DNA from: Camelus dromedarius
Taxonomy: Eukaryota
Direction: 5' to 3'
NCBI RefSeq assembly: GCF_036321535.1
Contig: NC_087436.1
Location: 34,350,001 to 34,414,000 of the forward strand
DNA length: 64,000 nt
In this document: piece by piece, positions 51,900 to 64,000 of the stretch
How positions within the stretch are numbered: the stretch's first letter is position 1
Layout: every line of letters starts with the position of its first letter
Notes under the pieces: model-generated
What the model was told of the DNA's origin: nothing
Databases searched by the model: none
The model's input: only the letters and a program-made list of their open reading frames with translations
Translations under genes and position numbers: made by a program

Positions 51900-53349
51900 C
51901 TCCATAGAACAAAAATTATAAAGCTGTATTTCATTGCTTAAGTTCATTAACGTTCTTCTTGATGCCCTTACATAATGAGACATTTTTGTTTTCTAATTAA
52001 AACATATGAGGAAAAACAAAACAAAACAAAACATATGAGGAACAAAAGCTCTATTGTAGTTTTTAAGTACCAGCACTAGAAGGACATAATGCCTTGGGTT
52101 TGAAGAGCACTTTGGATTTCCCAATACATTAATATTTGTGAATAGTATTATTTTAGACTAGAAAATGGAGGGCAGAACTGATACAGATTTCAAGATGAAA
52201 ACACAGAGTTTAGGATCCGAACGAAGCCTTAATTATAGCCTCTTGCTGTTTATTTGTTGATGAGTTCATTATGCCCCCTTCCCAACTTTGGCCGTTCTTT
52301 TAAATAACTTTCGTAGTGAAAAAGAATTTGTACTGGATGGAATGGTGGGTAGGGGAGTGGGCAGTGGCTGGCTTGCACTGTGGCCATAAGCTGTAGGGCT
52401 GGGACAGTTAAGTGCAGAGAGCACTGGACTGAAGTCATCAAGATGACATGCACCACAGGTCACCTGGAAAACCTATGCCAAGCATGGATGAAATTAGTGA
52501 CACAGATCATTTCTTTTTTTTGTTTGAAATACATGTTATGAACTATTTTCTGGAACATGTCTACAAGCAGTGTGTGCAAAAGATCTGGTGGTCAAGAGAA
52601 TATTTTCACAGGGGACATACAAGACAGAACTCCATGCACAGCCTGGTAATACAGCTGCCTTCTTTTCTCCAAATTGCTTTGCTCATAACTAAGGCTGGAT
52701 CTCCTGCCCCAGCAATAAACAAATGGCACACATGCTTCTTACAGACCCTTCTCTCTGAAATATTCTCTTCTTGCAGTATTTAACTAGGTTGGGAAGCAGA
52801 AGTTCCTTGGTGTCCACGAGTAGCCATCTTATAGCTCTTCATTAATGTGGTTCAGAGTAACATTCATTTGGCAATGACTCCATCAGGGTGGCATATTTAA
52901 GTCCACAGAGATTATCATTAATAATTATCCAGACAGCGACTGTCCATGATCAGGTTGATATTTCTATCTTTCACCCACTAGCTGACCCCGACTCAGGTCA
53001 ACCAGATATGCAGAGAGCATTTGCAAAATGCAGGTGGAACCATAAACATAGTTAAGTATTTATGTATCCATGGAGAGTTGAAACAGCAAGCCTCTTAAAA
53101 CCAAAGGTGCCGTAGTGTATAAAATGATATTCAGATTCATGAAAAAAAATGCTTGACAGTATTAGAATGTACACCATGTGTTTGTCTGATAAACATAAAT
53201 TAGAAGACCCTAAGCAATTAGTTTCTCTCCATGAAATCCTTCTGTATGTGATGAATTCATAGGGGAGATGATATCTCATAAAAAGAGGCCAGATGAACAC
53301 CACAATAAAAGTCTTCAGGTTACAGAATTCCAATGTTTAAATTCCAATG

Positions 53350-53468
53350 TGAGAATATGAAAACAAATACATGTACATATATATGTATGGCTGGGACATT
53401 ATGCTGTACACTGGAAATTGACACATTATAACTGACTATACTTCAAGGAAAAAAAAGGGAAAAAAAAC
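53350..53468 (+). mobile_element. 5'-truncated L1 3' end (artiodactyl-type)
   Basis: ATTATGCTGTACACTGGAAATTGACACATTATAACTGACTATACTTCAAG plus an A tail; similar to the 15 kb copy. Confidence 0.75.
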
Positions 53469-53469
53469 C

Positions 53470-55250
53470 CCTCCAATATATAAAGAGCTTGCCAATCATC
53501 CTTCCTGTGCCTGCAAGAAAAGGAAGAAGAAACTGAAAATTAGTGACTTTTCTTGGACTCATCAAAGACCTGAGATTATAAAGAAACTTGTTACCTTGAA
53601 GTCTGGAAAGATGGGCAAATCCAGAGAGTCACAGACGAGATCTGCTTACCTGGAGCAGAAGTTGCTGGAGTCATAAAATGGTAAGGACACTTAAATGGTC
53701 ATTTTGATGAATTGCTGGAGGCTGAGTGTAGACTAGCATGAGAGTGAAAAACCCATGGGGGCTGAAGTCTTGGATGACCCTCATCCATTCACAGGTTTTA
53801 TCTCTGGGAGCCCCATGGGGTTTTCAGAGTACACATGCAAATTCTCTAACCTTGTGATGCTGGCAGGAGGAGGGAAAGAGTAATCGTTGTGTAATATGTC
53901 CAGTGGATTCTCCATCACTAAGGCGTACTTTTCAAGAGGAAAAGATTTTACCCAGAGCCTTATCCCAGGCAGAGGAAGGGAATTCTGCCCAACCTAGCTC
54001 ATTCTCGCCTCCCTGTCTAACCTAAGGCATAGGGCAAAGCTCAACAACTAGTGTAGAAACACCAGTCAAGGTCTTAGCCCCGAGCTGCAGGTGCACTAAA
54101 AGACGGAGATTTGATCCTAAGATGACAGTATTGGTCCCCTGTCCCACCTACACCCCTCATCACCCCACACACTGGATTCCAGTAAAATGACAGTACAATA
54201 CAGCTGACAGAGCTGCAAGATGCAGATGTGCCCTGAGGAGGGAGTACTAAAGCCCAAAGTGAGGAAGGGAGGCAGAAATAAGGACCCCAGAGGAGCAGAA
54301 AGCCGCTGGCACCGACAGCTACAGCAAACATTCATTTCTGCCCAGCTCCTATCCAGATTCACATAAATCCTCACAGTAAAGTCCTCTTTGCCTCAGTACC
54401 TAGTCCTCAACACAGCATCCCTGGCATCTAACAAAATATTGCAAGGCATATCAATGGGCAAGAAAAAAAATCTGAGACAAAGCAAGAAATAGTACCAGAC
54501 TGAGATATGTATGACACAAATTTTGGAATTATTACAAATAGAATTTAAAATGACTCATTCATACGAATGCTCCAATTGTAAAAACAAAACAATATCCCAA
54601 GATGGATAGCTAATGTAAACAGGCAGGCAGAAACTCTAAGAAAGTATCAAAAGGAAATGCTAGGGTGGGAGGGTAGAACTCAAGTCATAGAGTGCATGCT
54701 TAGCACGCATGAAGTCCTGGGTTCAATCCCCAGTACCACCTCCAAGAATAAATTAATATATAAACCTAATTTCCTCCCATCACCAAATTTTGTTTTTAAA
54801 AAAGGAAATGCTAGATATCAAAAACACTGTAATAGAAATGGAGAATGGCTTTAAATGTCTCATCAGTGTGGCCACAACTGAGGAAGGATTTAGGGAGCTT
54901 GAAGATAGACCAATGGAAACTTCCCAATATGAAATGCAAAGACTACAAAGAATTTTAAAAAAAGAATAGAGACTCCAAGAACTTGGGACATTTCTAAAAG
55001 TAACATATGTGTAGTAGGAATACCAGAATGAGAAGAAAGAAAATGGAGCAGAAGAAATATTTGAAGTAATAATGGACAAAATAATTCCAAAATTAATATC
55101 AGACACCAAACTACAGATCCAGGAAGCTCAAAGAATAACAGGATAAATACAAAACAAACTAACTAACTCACAAAACATCCACCTAGGCATATCATATTCA
55201 TACCACAGAGAACCAAAGACAGACAAAAATCTTTAAAGAAGCCAGAAGGG
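53470..55250 (+). mobile_element. Ancient L1 (L1M-type) 5' region and decayed ORF1
   Basis: ORF1-like words at 55020-55245: CCAGAA..AGAAGAAAGA..ATGGAGCAGAAGAAATATTTGAAG, CAGATCCAGGAAGCTCA (QIQEAQ), CCTAGGCATATCATA (PRHII); 5' limit approximate. Confidence 0.72.
54664..54799 (+). mobile_element. tRNA-derived SINE (Vic-1-like) nested in an old L1
   Basis: Same head with B box GGTTCAATCCC; perfect 15-bp TSD AAAAGGAAATGCTAG at 54649-54663 and 54800-54814. Confidence 0.92.
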
Positions 55251-56399
55251 TGTCTCTATTCTACCCTGGAAAAATCAGTTAAAGGCTGTATTATTTCCAG
55301 GCTGTTTCATCATTTTGCATCATACTAGGAGATTTTTTTTCAGTATGAATGATGCTAAATTTGGTTCCCCCCCCCCCCCCAGTATTAATGGTGCCAAATA
55401 ATAGCATCAGATTTTTTTCAATATTAATGATGCTAACGTTGGTTACTTAGTTAAGGTGCTGACCACCAGATTTCTCCATTATAAGGGTTAATCATCCTTT
55501 TGAATTAGCGTGTAATCTTTGAAGTAATATTTGGGAAATATTTCAGCATCCATTGATGATCCCTGCCTGAACTGATTATCTCATCAGGTGTTGCTGAAAG
55601 TGATTTTTCTAAATGTGAAATAGTTAATTTCACATTTATTATTGAGAATACTTCCAGAAAGAAAAGCTTTCCATTTGTTTCCTCCAAAAGGCAGCGTAAG
55701 TGCTAGTCTTTAACCATGAATTAAGAGTTTTTATATTCAGGTTTTACAATAGTCCTTTTGAGGAGTGGAAACATAGATTCTTTTCTCTTCTCTTCCCTTC
55801 CTCTCCCCTCCCCCCCCTTCTACTGTTCTCTCTTCTCTCTCTGATACTGTCTACAAGCACCATTAATGATATATGTATTTAATTAATAGAATATTTTACA
55901 ATCAAATACACTTACTATTATTTTTATGCTTAAAATGTCCCAAATTTGGACGATGGGAGCCCCATGAAACTAGTTTCTTTGTCCTTTTGACGTCTTTCAT
56001 TTAGTCCTTCCAGAGGTCAGGGCTCATCTTGCATTTTCCCTGCTGAGATCCCATATCAGCCATTTCTTCATGGATCTCTGCTTCCCCTTAATGTGAAATT
56101 ATATTTAGAAACCAAGATCTCTGTGTACATGTGCTCACTGCTTCTGGGTGTTATTGTATCTAAGCTCTTTTAATGTATAGATTCAGAATCTGTATTTGAA
56201 AAATAAAATTATGAATTAATTTTTTACTCAAAGACAAAGAATTTTGTTAGTAGCAAAAATCGGAAAACTTTACCTATAATCAACTTTGTAACAAAATTTT
56301 AGTAAATTTAAGTTAATATTAAACTATTCATTTTTTAACATTATCTCCGATATTACAAAGATTTCAATTCTGCTATTGCCCTCCTTAAAAGTGAATGAG

Positions 56400-56528
56400 G
56401 TGGGGAGGGTATAGCTCAAGTGGTAGAGCGCATGCTTGGCATGCACAAGGTTGTAGGTTCAATCCCCAGTACCTCCTCTAAAAGTAAACAAAAATAATTA
56501 CCTCCCCCCACCAAAATAAATTTTTTAC
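56400..56528 (+). mobile_element. tRNA-derived SINE (Vic-1-like)
   Basis: GGGGAGGGTATAGCTCAAGTGGTAGAGCGCATGC...GGTTCAATCCCCAGTACCTCC; TSD AAAAGTGA(A/G)TGAG at 56387-56399 and 56529-56541. Confidence 0.92.
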
Positions 56529-57324
56529 AAAAGTGAGTGAGTACTGGAATTATTGTGCTCAATTTTAGCTTGCAGAATATATTTTCTTAATTTTTAATGG
56601 AAATTTTAAAGCATACTAAAAAATGGAGATAATGTTGCCTATCACAGAGCTTCAAAATTATTGACACTTTGCTAATCTTATTTCATCTATCTCTTCAAAA
56701 AAATTTTTTTTAAAGTTTTGTCTATTACAGATGTCAGATATTATGTCATTTCATTGTTAAGAATCCAATACATATCTCTAACTTTAAGGACTACTTATTT
56801 TTACATATCCAGAATGCTATTATCACACTTAAAAAAAATTTAAAATATTTATTTACTATCTTCAGATACCCAATACCCTATAGTCCACTACTATTTCTGT
56901 ACTTACTTTATGCTAAATATGATACTGATCACTTTACTTAGATCATGCCCTTTCATCCTTGCATAAGGTTTATGGAATATCGAAACTCTCCTTATTTTAT
57001 TGGTGAGGATACCAAGAGAATATTCAGTGAGTTTAAGTAGCCTTTCTACACTTAACATATCTCATGGGTTTGCCTGCTTCTAAAACACATGCTCTTATTA
57101 ATTCTAATGTAGTCTTGGGCTACTTGTCTCCAGATTGTGAGTTCTTGAGGACAAGAGCCACCAAATAGTATTTGTTGAGTAGATATTCAATAAATACAAT
57201 TTTGATGAATATTTTGATGCATATACAGGTGAGAAAAAGGGGTTCTTCATGTCAACCGCCAAATGTCTCTAAGAGTGAAGATCAGAGGTGGAAAGAAAGT
57301 TAGAGCTTATGTTATTAAATTTCC

Positions 57325-57650
57325 TGTCCTCCACAACACGATATACATGGACCAACTTCATCAGAATTACTTGTTAAAATACATATTTCTGCACCTTACA
57401 GAATTGGGAACTTAGAAATAGAAACCCAAATCTTCACTCTCAGCGGGCGCACATAAAAGATTGAGAGCCATGGGAGTGTACAATGTTGCTTATCAAAGGC
57501 GATCCAGGGAGCAGCAGACTGGCTTCAAGTGGGATTATGTTAGAAAAAAGCGGAATCCTGGACTCACCCCTGGTGAATCAGAATTTCCTGAATCAAAACT
57601 GCATTTTTACATAACACCATGTACATTCAAGTTGGAGAAGAACTTTGAGA
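57325..57650. mobile_element. Two adjacent degraded MER5-type MITEs
   Basis: CATCAGAATTAC..TTGTTAAAATACATATTTCTG and TGAATCAGAAT...CTGCATTTTTAC...AAGTTGGAGAAG. Confidence 0.5.
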
Positions 57651-60600
57651 AGTACTTTGAACTATGCTAGTCTACATCATCCTTAATAAGCAATACTCCA
57701 AAGTTTCAAATTTCTTAAAACAATTGGCCAAGTGACCAGTTAAACAAAAAAAAAGCAAGTAGATGAAAAATTGCAAATTAAACCCAACTTGTGCCCTTCT
57801 CACTTCTTTGAAACAATTACCCTGCCTTACCACCCCACCGTTAAATTAGACGTTTCCTCCGGGCCTTTTAATTTTCTATTTCTTTCTGGTGCAGTGCTCT
57901 TCTCTCAGGTGTTTGTATGGCTCAGTCTTTCTTGTTATTTAAGCCTGTGGCTAGATAGTCCCTACTCAGAAATCCCTTATCTAATTTCCATAATTGATAC
58001 TGCCTTCCAACAGTCACTTATTATCAGAGTGTTTTGCCTGGTTTTCTCTAATGTGCTCGTCACTATTTGAAGTGACGCTGTTTTTTTCTTGTTGATCACC
58101 TGTCTGCTCCACTGGAACATAAGCTCTGTGTGGGTGAGAACCTCCACTGACTGAAGTCCTATCCCCTATACTTACAGTAAAACCTACCAGAATGTAAACA
58201 TTTACCGTCATAGAACTACAGTCACATACACACAATAATAATATGTTATTACTAGTGACATCCTCCCTCTGAGTTGTAGAAAGCTGCCTTTACTTGAGGC
58301 TTAAGCACCTTTCAAGATCATCTTCCTGACGATTGCAAACGGAAGATTATAGTCAATACTGAATACAAGCAGAAGTGCAATGGCAATGGGTTTTTTAATT
58401 GAGGGTAATTGATGTCTCTAGTGCCAAATCAACTTAAATCCTGACTATAGCAAATACTAACAGCTTTGTGCCTTAACTTTTTGAGGCTATATTTCAAGCT
58501 TAAAAAACTGGAGAAAGATCAAATCAGAATAGTAAGTCTCACACTTGGTGATTTATTCATTGTGACTTATGAAAAAAATATATTCAAAATTTTTAGATTT
58601 TTTTTTCTGGAGTCTGCAGTTCCTGTCAATAATTTTTTGGGGGAAAAGGGTTAACAAAAAACTCTAAATGTTTAAAGACGTTTTGGACTTACCTCAACCT
58701 ATAATCTTTAGGAGGGAGTGAGGAAGGGTGGTAGCCATTCTCCATGTCTTTCAGCTATAACATTATAAAAAAGAAAGAAAAAGCATTTGGATTGTAAATT
58801 ATTTTTTCCTTGACTTTTCCTTTACCTAAATTATACAGCTTTTGAAAAAAAAAATTTGCAATGAAAACTAAAGCATATACTATTAGCTCTTTTAGAAATA
58901 GATAAATTTTTTCATGTGATTTTATGACAGGAGAAGCACCATTGTGGTATGAAGAATTCTTCGGATAAGAAATAGGTGACCTCACCTTTACAAACTTTGT
59001 TTTTCTGTCCAAAACATAAATCTTAACAATTAGTATTAATCCTTAATCACAGTTTATTGGTGTAGATTGCTATTACATAAAGTTAGTTATACTTCTTCAC
59101 ATAGTAATGATAATTTCTCATATTTCAGTAAGAAGACCAGGAAACAAGCATTTCATGTGTATTTATTGATACCATTTTTTTTTAGCATAAGGGTGTTATT
59201 TTTATTTTTGTTTTGCGTTTGTTTGATATAACATGAAAAAAAATTGAAATTCTTAGGCACTAATTCTTAATAAGATGATAATTTTGTCCTTTGGCTATTG
59301 ATGCTATACTATACCAATACTAGAACTACTATTAATTTTGCCATCCGAGTACAAAGTGAAGCTTAAATATTTTTGTAACTTGAAATACAGAATTAATATT
59401 CTAAAAAATAGCTAGAAACTTTATGACACGGGGGACAAAAAGTTAGACCCTCATATCTAGTTCCAGTGTCAGCCGGCAAATCCAGCTCCGCCACGTAGAA
59501 GTCCTGCGATGCTACTGATACAGTTCATTGACTAATATTAGAGACCAGTCTAAACTCTGAAGAGCCCTGTTCTGGGCTTGTGTCAGTACTCTTTGAGGGG
59601 TGAAGGACACAGTCCTTGCAGACCTTACAGAGGTAATGTGTATCTAACTGGGAGGTCGGTAGTGAGGAGTAAATAATTCATGTGGAACTCTTTGCGTAGG
59701 TAATAATGTTACCACAAAGGAATGCCCTACACCGCTTAGATCAGATTAACAAAGATGGAAGCTCACGCTGTAAATAGCATAAGCTCCTCTCTTCCCTTCT
59801 AGACCTGAATGCTTAAGAAAAAATCACTTCTAAAATTGTTGTTTTTCAAAGTAGCCACACAGTGGCAGACTTTAACCAAAAAAGGATAAAATTTTCTTAA
59901 AAAAAATCATGTGCGATGTCTCTTTCTTTAGATGATTTATAAAAGATAAAAGTTTATAAAATTAAACCTAAGACAGATGCTAGATCTTATTCATCTTTTT
60001 AGTCTAAAAACCCAGAAATAGAATTTCACAGATCAAAGAGAGTTCTGTTTTGGTATCAGATAGGGGGCCTCTTTCTTGGCCCAAAGTTTATTCTACAGAG
60101 TGGAAGGAGCTGTCTTCCCTTTCACTGGGTAGTTTTTCTCCTCTGAATCTTGTCTTTTGACCAGGTAGAGACAGGTTCTGCCTAATGAGAAAGCTCTGTT
60201 GTTATATTAGAGTTTAAAAACGTGAATATTGGGGTCAAAATCACAAAAATCAGGAGGTTATTATTCTGTCTGTACTACTTAACTCTTGAGTGACTTATTT
60301 TCATTAAAATATTCTTAAATGTTCAACACACAAATGACTATATATCAAATACATCATAGTAGTGGTCTACCACTAGTCTAGATTTTGCATTTTGCTACAT
60401 CAAAGTTTTCCCTAACCAGCTGTCAGTAACATATACATGGACCAGCCATCTCTTTCTTTCCCACGGCACATCACTACCTGCCTCAGTATACACAACATAC
60501 TTGTCTTGTACAAGGATTATTACAATATATTAGATATGTTAATACATACGAGGATTATTACAACAGATTGTCTTTCAAAGTAAAATTAAGTTACAATTTC

Positions 60601-62509
60601 TATTCATTTTCATCTTGTATTTTAATATATTGAAGATGCATATTATTCATATTCTATATTTTAGTATGGTTTTAAAAGTACCAGAGAAGCAACTACACTA
60701 TAAGTAAATAAACATTTTAACCATTAAGTGAAAGCTCTGGTCTCTGAGGGGCACTGGCAGAAGGCAACTTTATTCTTTATCATGTCTGCTCACTCCACGC
60801 ATCCTGTCTGCTGTCTGCTATCTCCTCAATCATGTGGATAACATCTTGGTGAGTGGCAGAGGTGTGGATACTTTCAGGTTCAATGCCGACTAATACAAGC
60901 TCTTCAGACTCTCTACCGATTTAAAGCACTTTTTGTCGCCCCACCCTGGCCCGCCTCAGAGGTGCATCCAGTGTGAGCAGAGGGTTGCGGTGGATAATTT
61001 CCTTGTTTCTTTAGTCCTCTCTATTTGTGCTACTTCATCTCCAGGTTTGGAGAGAGGAGAGGAGCAGCAGCGAAGGACAGAAAAAGTCTTCTTGAGTGGC
61101 AGAACTGTAATCAGAGGTGACAGATGTCCGTTGCTGCCTGTTTCTCGGGGCCCTCTAGAGATTCCGTGCTTTGGGGGTCCGGCGGAAGCTTTCTGCGTGG
61201 GTGCTGACTTTTCTGGCTTCTCCCTTACAACTCCCGGCCCATTATCCCACTTACTGTTCATGCCCTCTCTGCTGAGGTCACCTCCCTCCTGTCGGGAAAA
61301 CTTTCAGAACTCATTCTATTCAAGCCTGCTTGCTTTCATCCAGGTGTCCACGTATGACTCCCGGGGAACTCGCCTCTGGCTCTGTCGGTGAGAGCAGAGC
61401 TCACTCCCAGAGAAAGCTCTCCTGAAACACTCACTCTAGAAACCACTCCTTGATTTCAGACTTTGGAGATCTGTCTCTTTGCTGCTCAAATTCCAGAGCA
61501 CACACATCCAGCGCTCCCTCTGGCTTAGCCTAGGGTGAAATGCACACCACCCTTCTCTCCACAGTGGAGGGGCTGGGGGACCGGGGAGGGCACGACACAA
61601 TGGGCTGTTAAAAATTAACTTCAAATTCACTCTCGGTCTTTTCTTCTGTAGGTTAGGTGTGGGTGATGGGCTGAAGCTGACAGAGAGGTAAATTCACAAT
61701 ATTATGGTCTATGATCTCACTTTAGAATATGAAGATTTTGAGCGTTTATTTTATTGATCTCAGGTGAAATTATAATACACTGGAAATTTCAAATTTAAAC
61801 TTTATGTTTTATATATGTGGATCTTATTACCCTGAAAATGATGTGAAACTTAAAAATTTTAGACTGGTGATGTAGTAGTTAAAATACGAACTTTGTAGTT
61901 GGTCTAGGATTAAATGCAGGATGGGATCATTAGCTGTGTGAATTTGGGCAAGTTACTTGATTTTTCAGAACCTTATTTTCCTCCTCTTTAGAAGGGAATT
62001 GCTTCCCATATTTATGGTATAGAATTAAATGAGGTAATGCATTAAAAATGCTTAACATGTGTCTACCACATTAAGCACATTTCAAAAATGGTAATTTTTA
62101 AAAACATCTCCATTTCATTGTTCATCTGAAACTATGTTCTTACTCCTCAAACCTGTCCTATGTGCCACTGTTATAATGATGCTGTAAGCATCCCACATTC
62201 ATCACATGCCTAAGCTACTTAGGGATTAGTGATGCCTCTGTGGCCTGAGTCAGATATAAATGTTCTAGCCTAACCCTCAATATTGTCCAAACTTTCTACC
62301 AGACCCTCTGTCCAGTCCTGGATTCAGCCAAAACTCTCTCTACCGCACTCAGTGTGTTTATCATGTTCCATGTGCTTTCTTTTCTTTCCTACTTTCCTTT
62401 TACTGTTTTCCCTACCAAAAGTGTGCTCTCTTTTCCTTCAATATCCAAACCTCACTCATCTGAAAGCCCACAATTTAAGTCCATAAATTTTCCCTGACCT
62501 TTCAAACCT

Positions 62510-63022
62510 GTTGTATTCTCAGGCTTATTTCCGTGATGACTTCCTTTTTCTCACTTAGTTGGCACAGCATCCAAGCTGAGTCACTCTTTCTTGCAGACAT
62601 GGATGAAATACACCCCTGGGAACTTGGGATACTGGTTGCTCAGCAAGCCAGGCCTGTGGGGAGTTGGCTCCCGTGGGCTGAACCTTGACCAGTGGGAAAT
62701 AGGAGGTAAATTCCACCTCCTTTCTCTCTGCTGTGGATCCCCCAAGGAGTATTTCGTTTTACAGTCATTTTACTGATGTCACTTGTGCTCTGTGAATTCG
62801 CTGCCAGCAGCTGCTGTGCCCCAGTGATGATTCTGAAGAAGGAGCCAGGACTGTAGTGCTTCTTATCACACTACACAGCTTTTCAGCTTTCCCTGCCTTG
62901 CTTTTTTTTTTTTTTTTTTTCTTCCATCATCCTCACTTGTCTGGACTTATATGCCCCAAATTAAGGGTGAACACTTAATCTTAGCCTCAGGGTCTCTTTT
63001 CTAAAGGACCTAGGCCAAGACA
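62510..63022 (+). mobile_element. Ancient ERVL LTR (LTR16-like)
   Basis: 3' end AATCTTAGCCTCAGGGTCTCTTTTCTAAAGGACCTAGGCCAAGACA resembles the LTR16 terminus; internal CCTTGACCAGTGGGAAATAGGAG; 5' limit approximate. Confidence 0.55.
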
Positions 63023-64000
63023 ACTGTGAAAAGTCCCCTTCCCAATGCCTGAAATTATATAATATCTACAATACTCATTTAACACTTAAGACTAATTTTC
63101 TGTTTTATGATCATGTATGTATTGTTATTTATCTTTTTTTAAATGCCTCCATCAACCAGCTAGACTATATTTTCTTTATGGGAAGAGTTCATATTGTTTT
63201 CTTTTCTTTTAATAATTTGTCAAGTAACATTATGCCCAAGAAAGAAGCTCACTATATATGTATTAATAAGAAATATATGTGTAAATCAAAGCCACTTCAA
63301 TAAAAATAAAATTTTAAAAAGTATATAAAGAAATACATGAATAACTAAAGCTGTTTAGAACCATTTAGTTATACCAGTTACACCAATATTTTCTATTAGA
63401 AAAAGAAATTTTCTATAAAAATTTCATTGCCTTGAGAAGGATTTAGTTCTCTTTGTTTATAGATACATAATATTTACAGATTGTTAAGTTTCAAATATTC
63501 TTAAAAACAAAGGCAAACATTGTTATTTAAACAACACTTGTTGTTCTCTAATTCTTATTACTTTAGGGCCCCAAAAATGATCCAGCAGAAATTAAAAAGA
63601 GCATCTAGCAAGTAATGATAGTAAACCAGGAATAGAGGGCATACTGTTTGTAGGTAATAAAATAGAAAAATGAGGCTTTTAGCAAGACAAGTAAAGAAGA
63701 CAAACATGCCAAGGAAGAAAACTGCTCAATTACAAGGCACTTTTAAAATTTCTCTGGCTCTCTTTTTACTTTACTTTGGCCGATTTTGTAAATTCTGGGA
63801 AGTTACAGGAGGCAAGAAAATGACTTCTGTAAAAACTTTGGGATGTTTAAATCTAGTGAATATACATTATTTTGTTGAGTTGATTGTATTTTAACATAAT
63901 TTGCAGGTTAGTATCTAGAAATGTCAAATCTTTTAAACTGGAATAATTAAGCATTAGCATTGGAGGAACTTTAAAAATAACCCATTCCAGTTCAACATAT

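Noticed and set aside
55330..55444. Repeat-spacer pattern resembling a CRISPR array
   Set aside because: Mammalian DNA, only 2-3 degenerate copies, irregular spacing and no cas genes
56400..56480. tRNA-Ala-like sequence (also at 12082, 47565 and 54664)
   Set aside because: These are SINE heads: shared non-tRNA tail, TSDs and divergence between copies
50037..59346. Inverted 10-mer GGATGGCAAA / TTTGCCATCC 9.3 kb apart as possible transposon ends
   Set aside because: Too short to exceed chance in 64 kb, and no TSD or internal support

Overview
Mammalian genomic DNA, probably camelid judging from four copies of a tRNA-Ala-derived SINE resembling Vic-1. It contains the 5' end of the giant atypical cadherin gene FAT4 on the minus strand. 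The gene parts are a CpG-island promoter, a ~1 kb non-coding exon 1 (donor at 38416/38415), a 429-bp intron 1 and a 5187-bp exon 2 (37986-32800; ATG at 37974; 1725 codons encoding the signal peptide and cadherin repeats EC1 to most of EC16). Bases 1-32799 are intron 2 and ~39.5-64 kb is upstream flank. Both are AT-rich and carry interspersed repeats (SINEs, L1, L2, MIR, ERV1/MaLR/ERVL LTRs, hAT DNA transposons). All other ORFs in the track look spurious. I cannot support a wholly novel biological system here. The best leads are regulatory: a chain of three uORFs with a TAATG stop-start overlap, a strong exonic CTCF motif plus antisense splice donors that recall clustered protocadherin regulation, and Z-DNA/G4/H-DNA-prone tracts around the promoter. 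Repeat family names come from recalled consensus sequences, and repeat boundaries are approximate unless target-site duplications (TSDs) are given.
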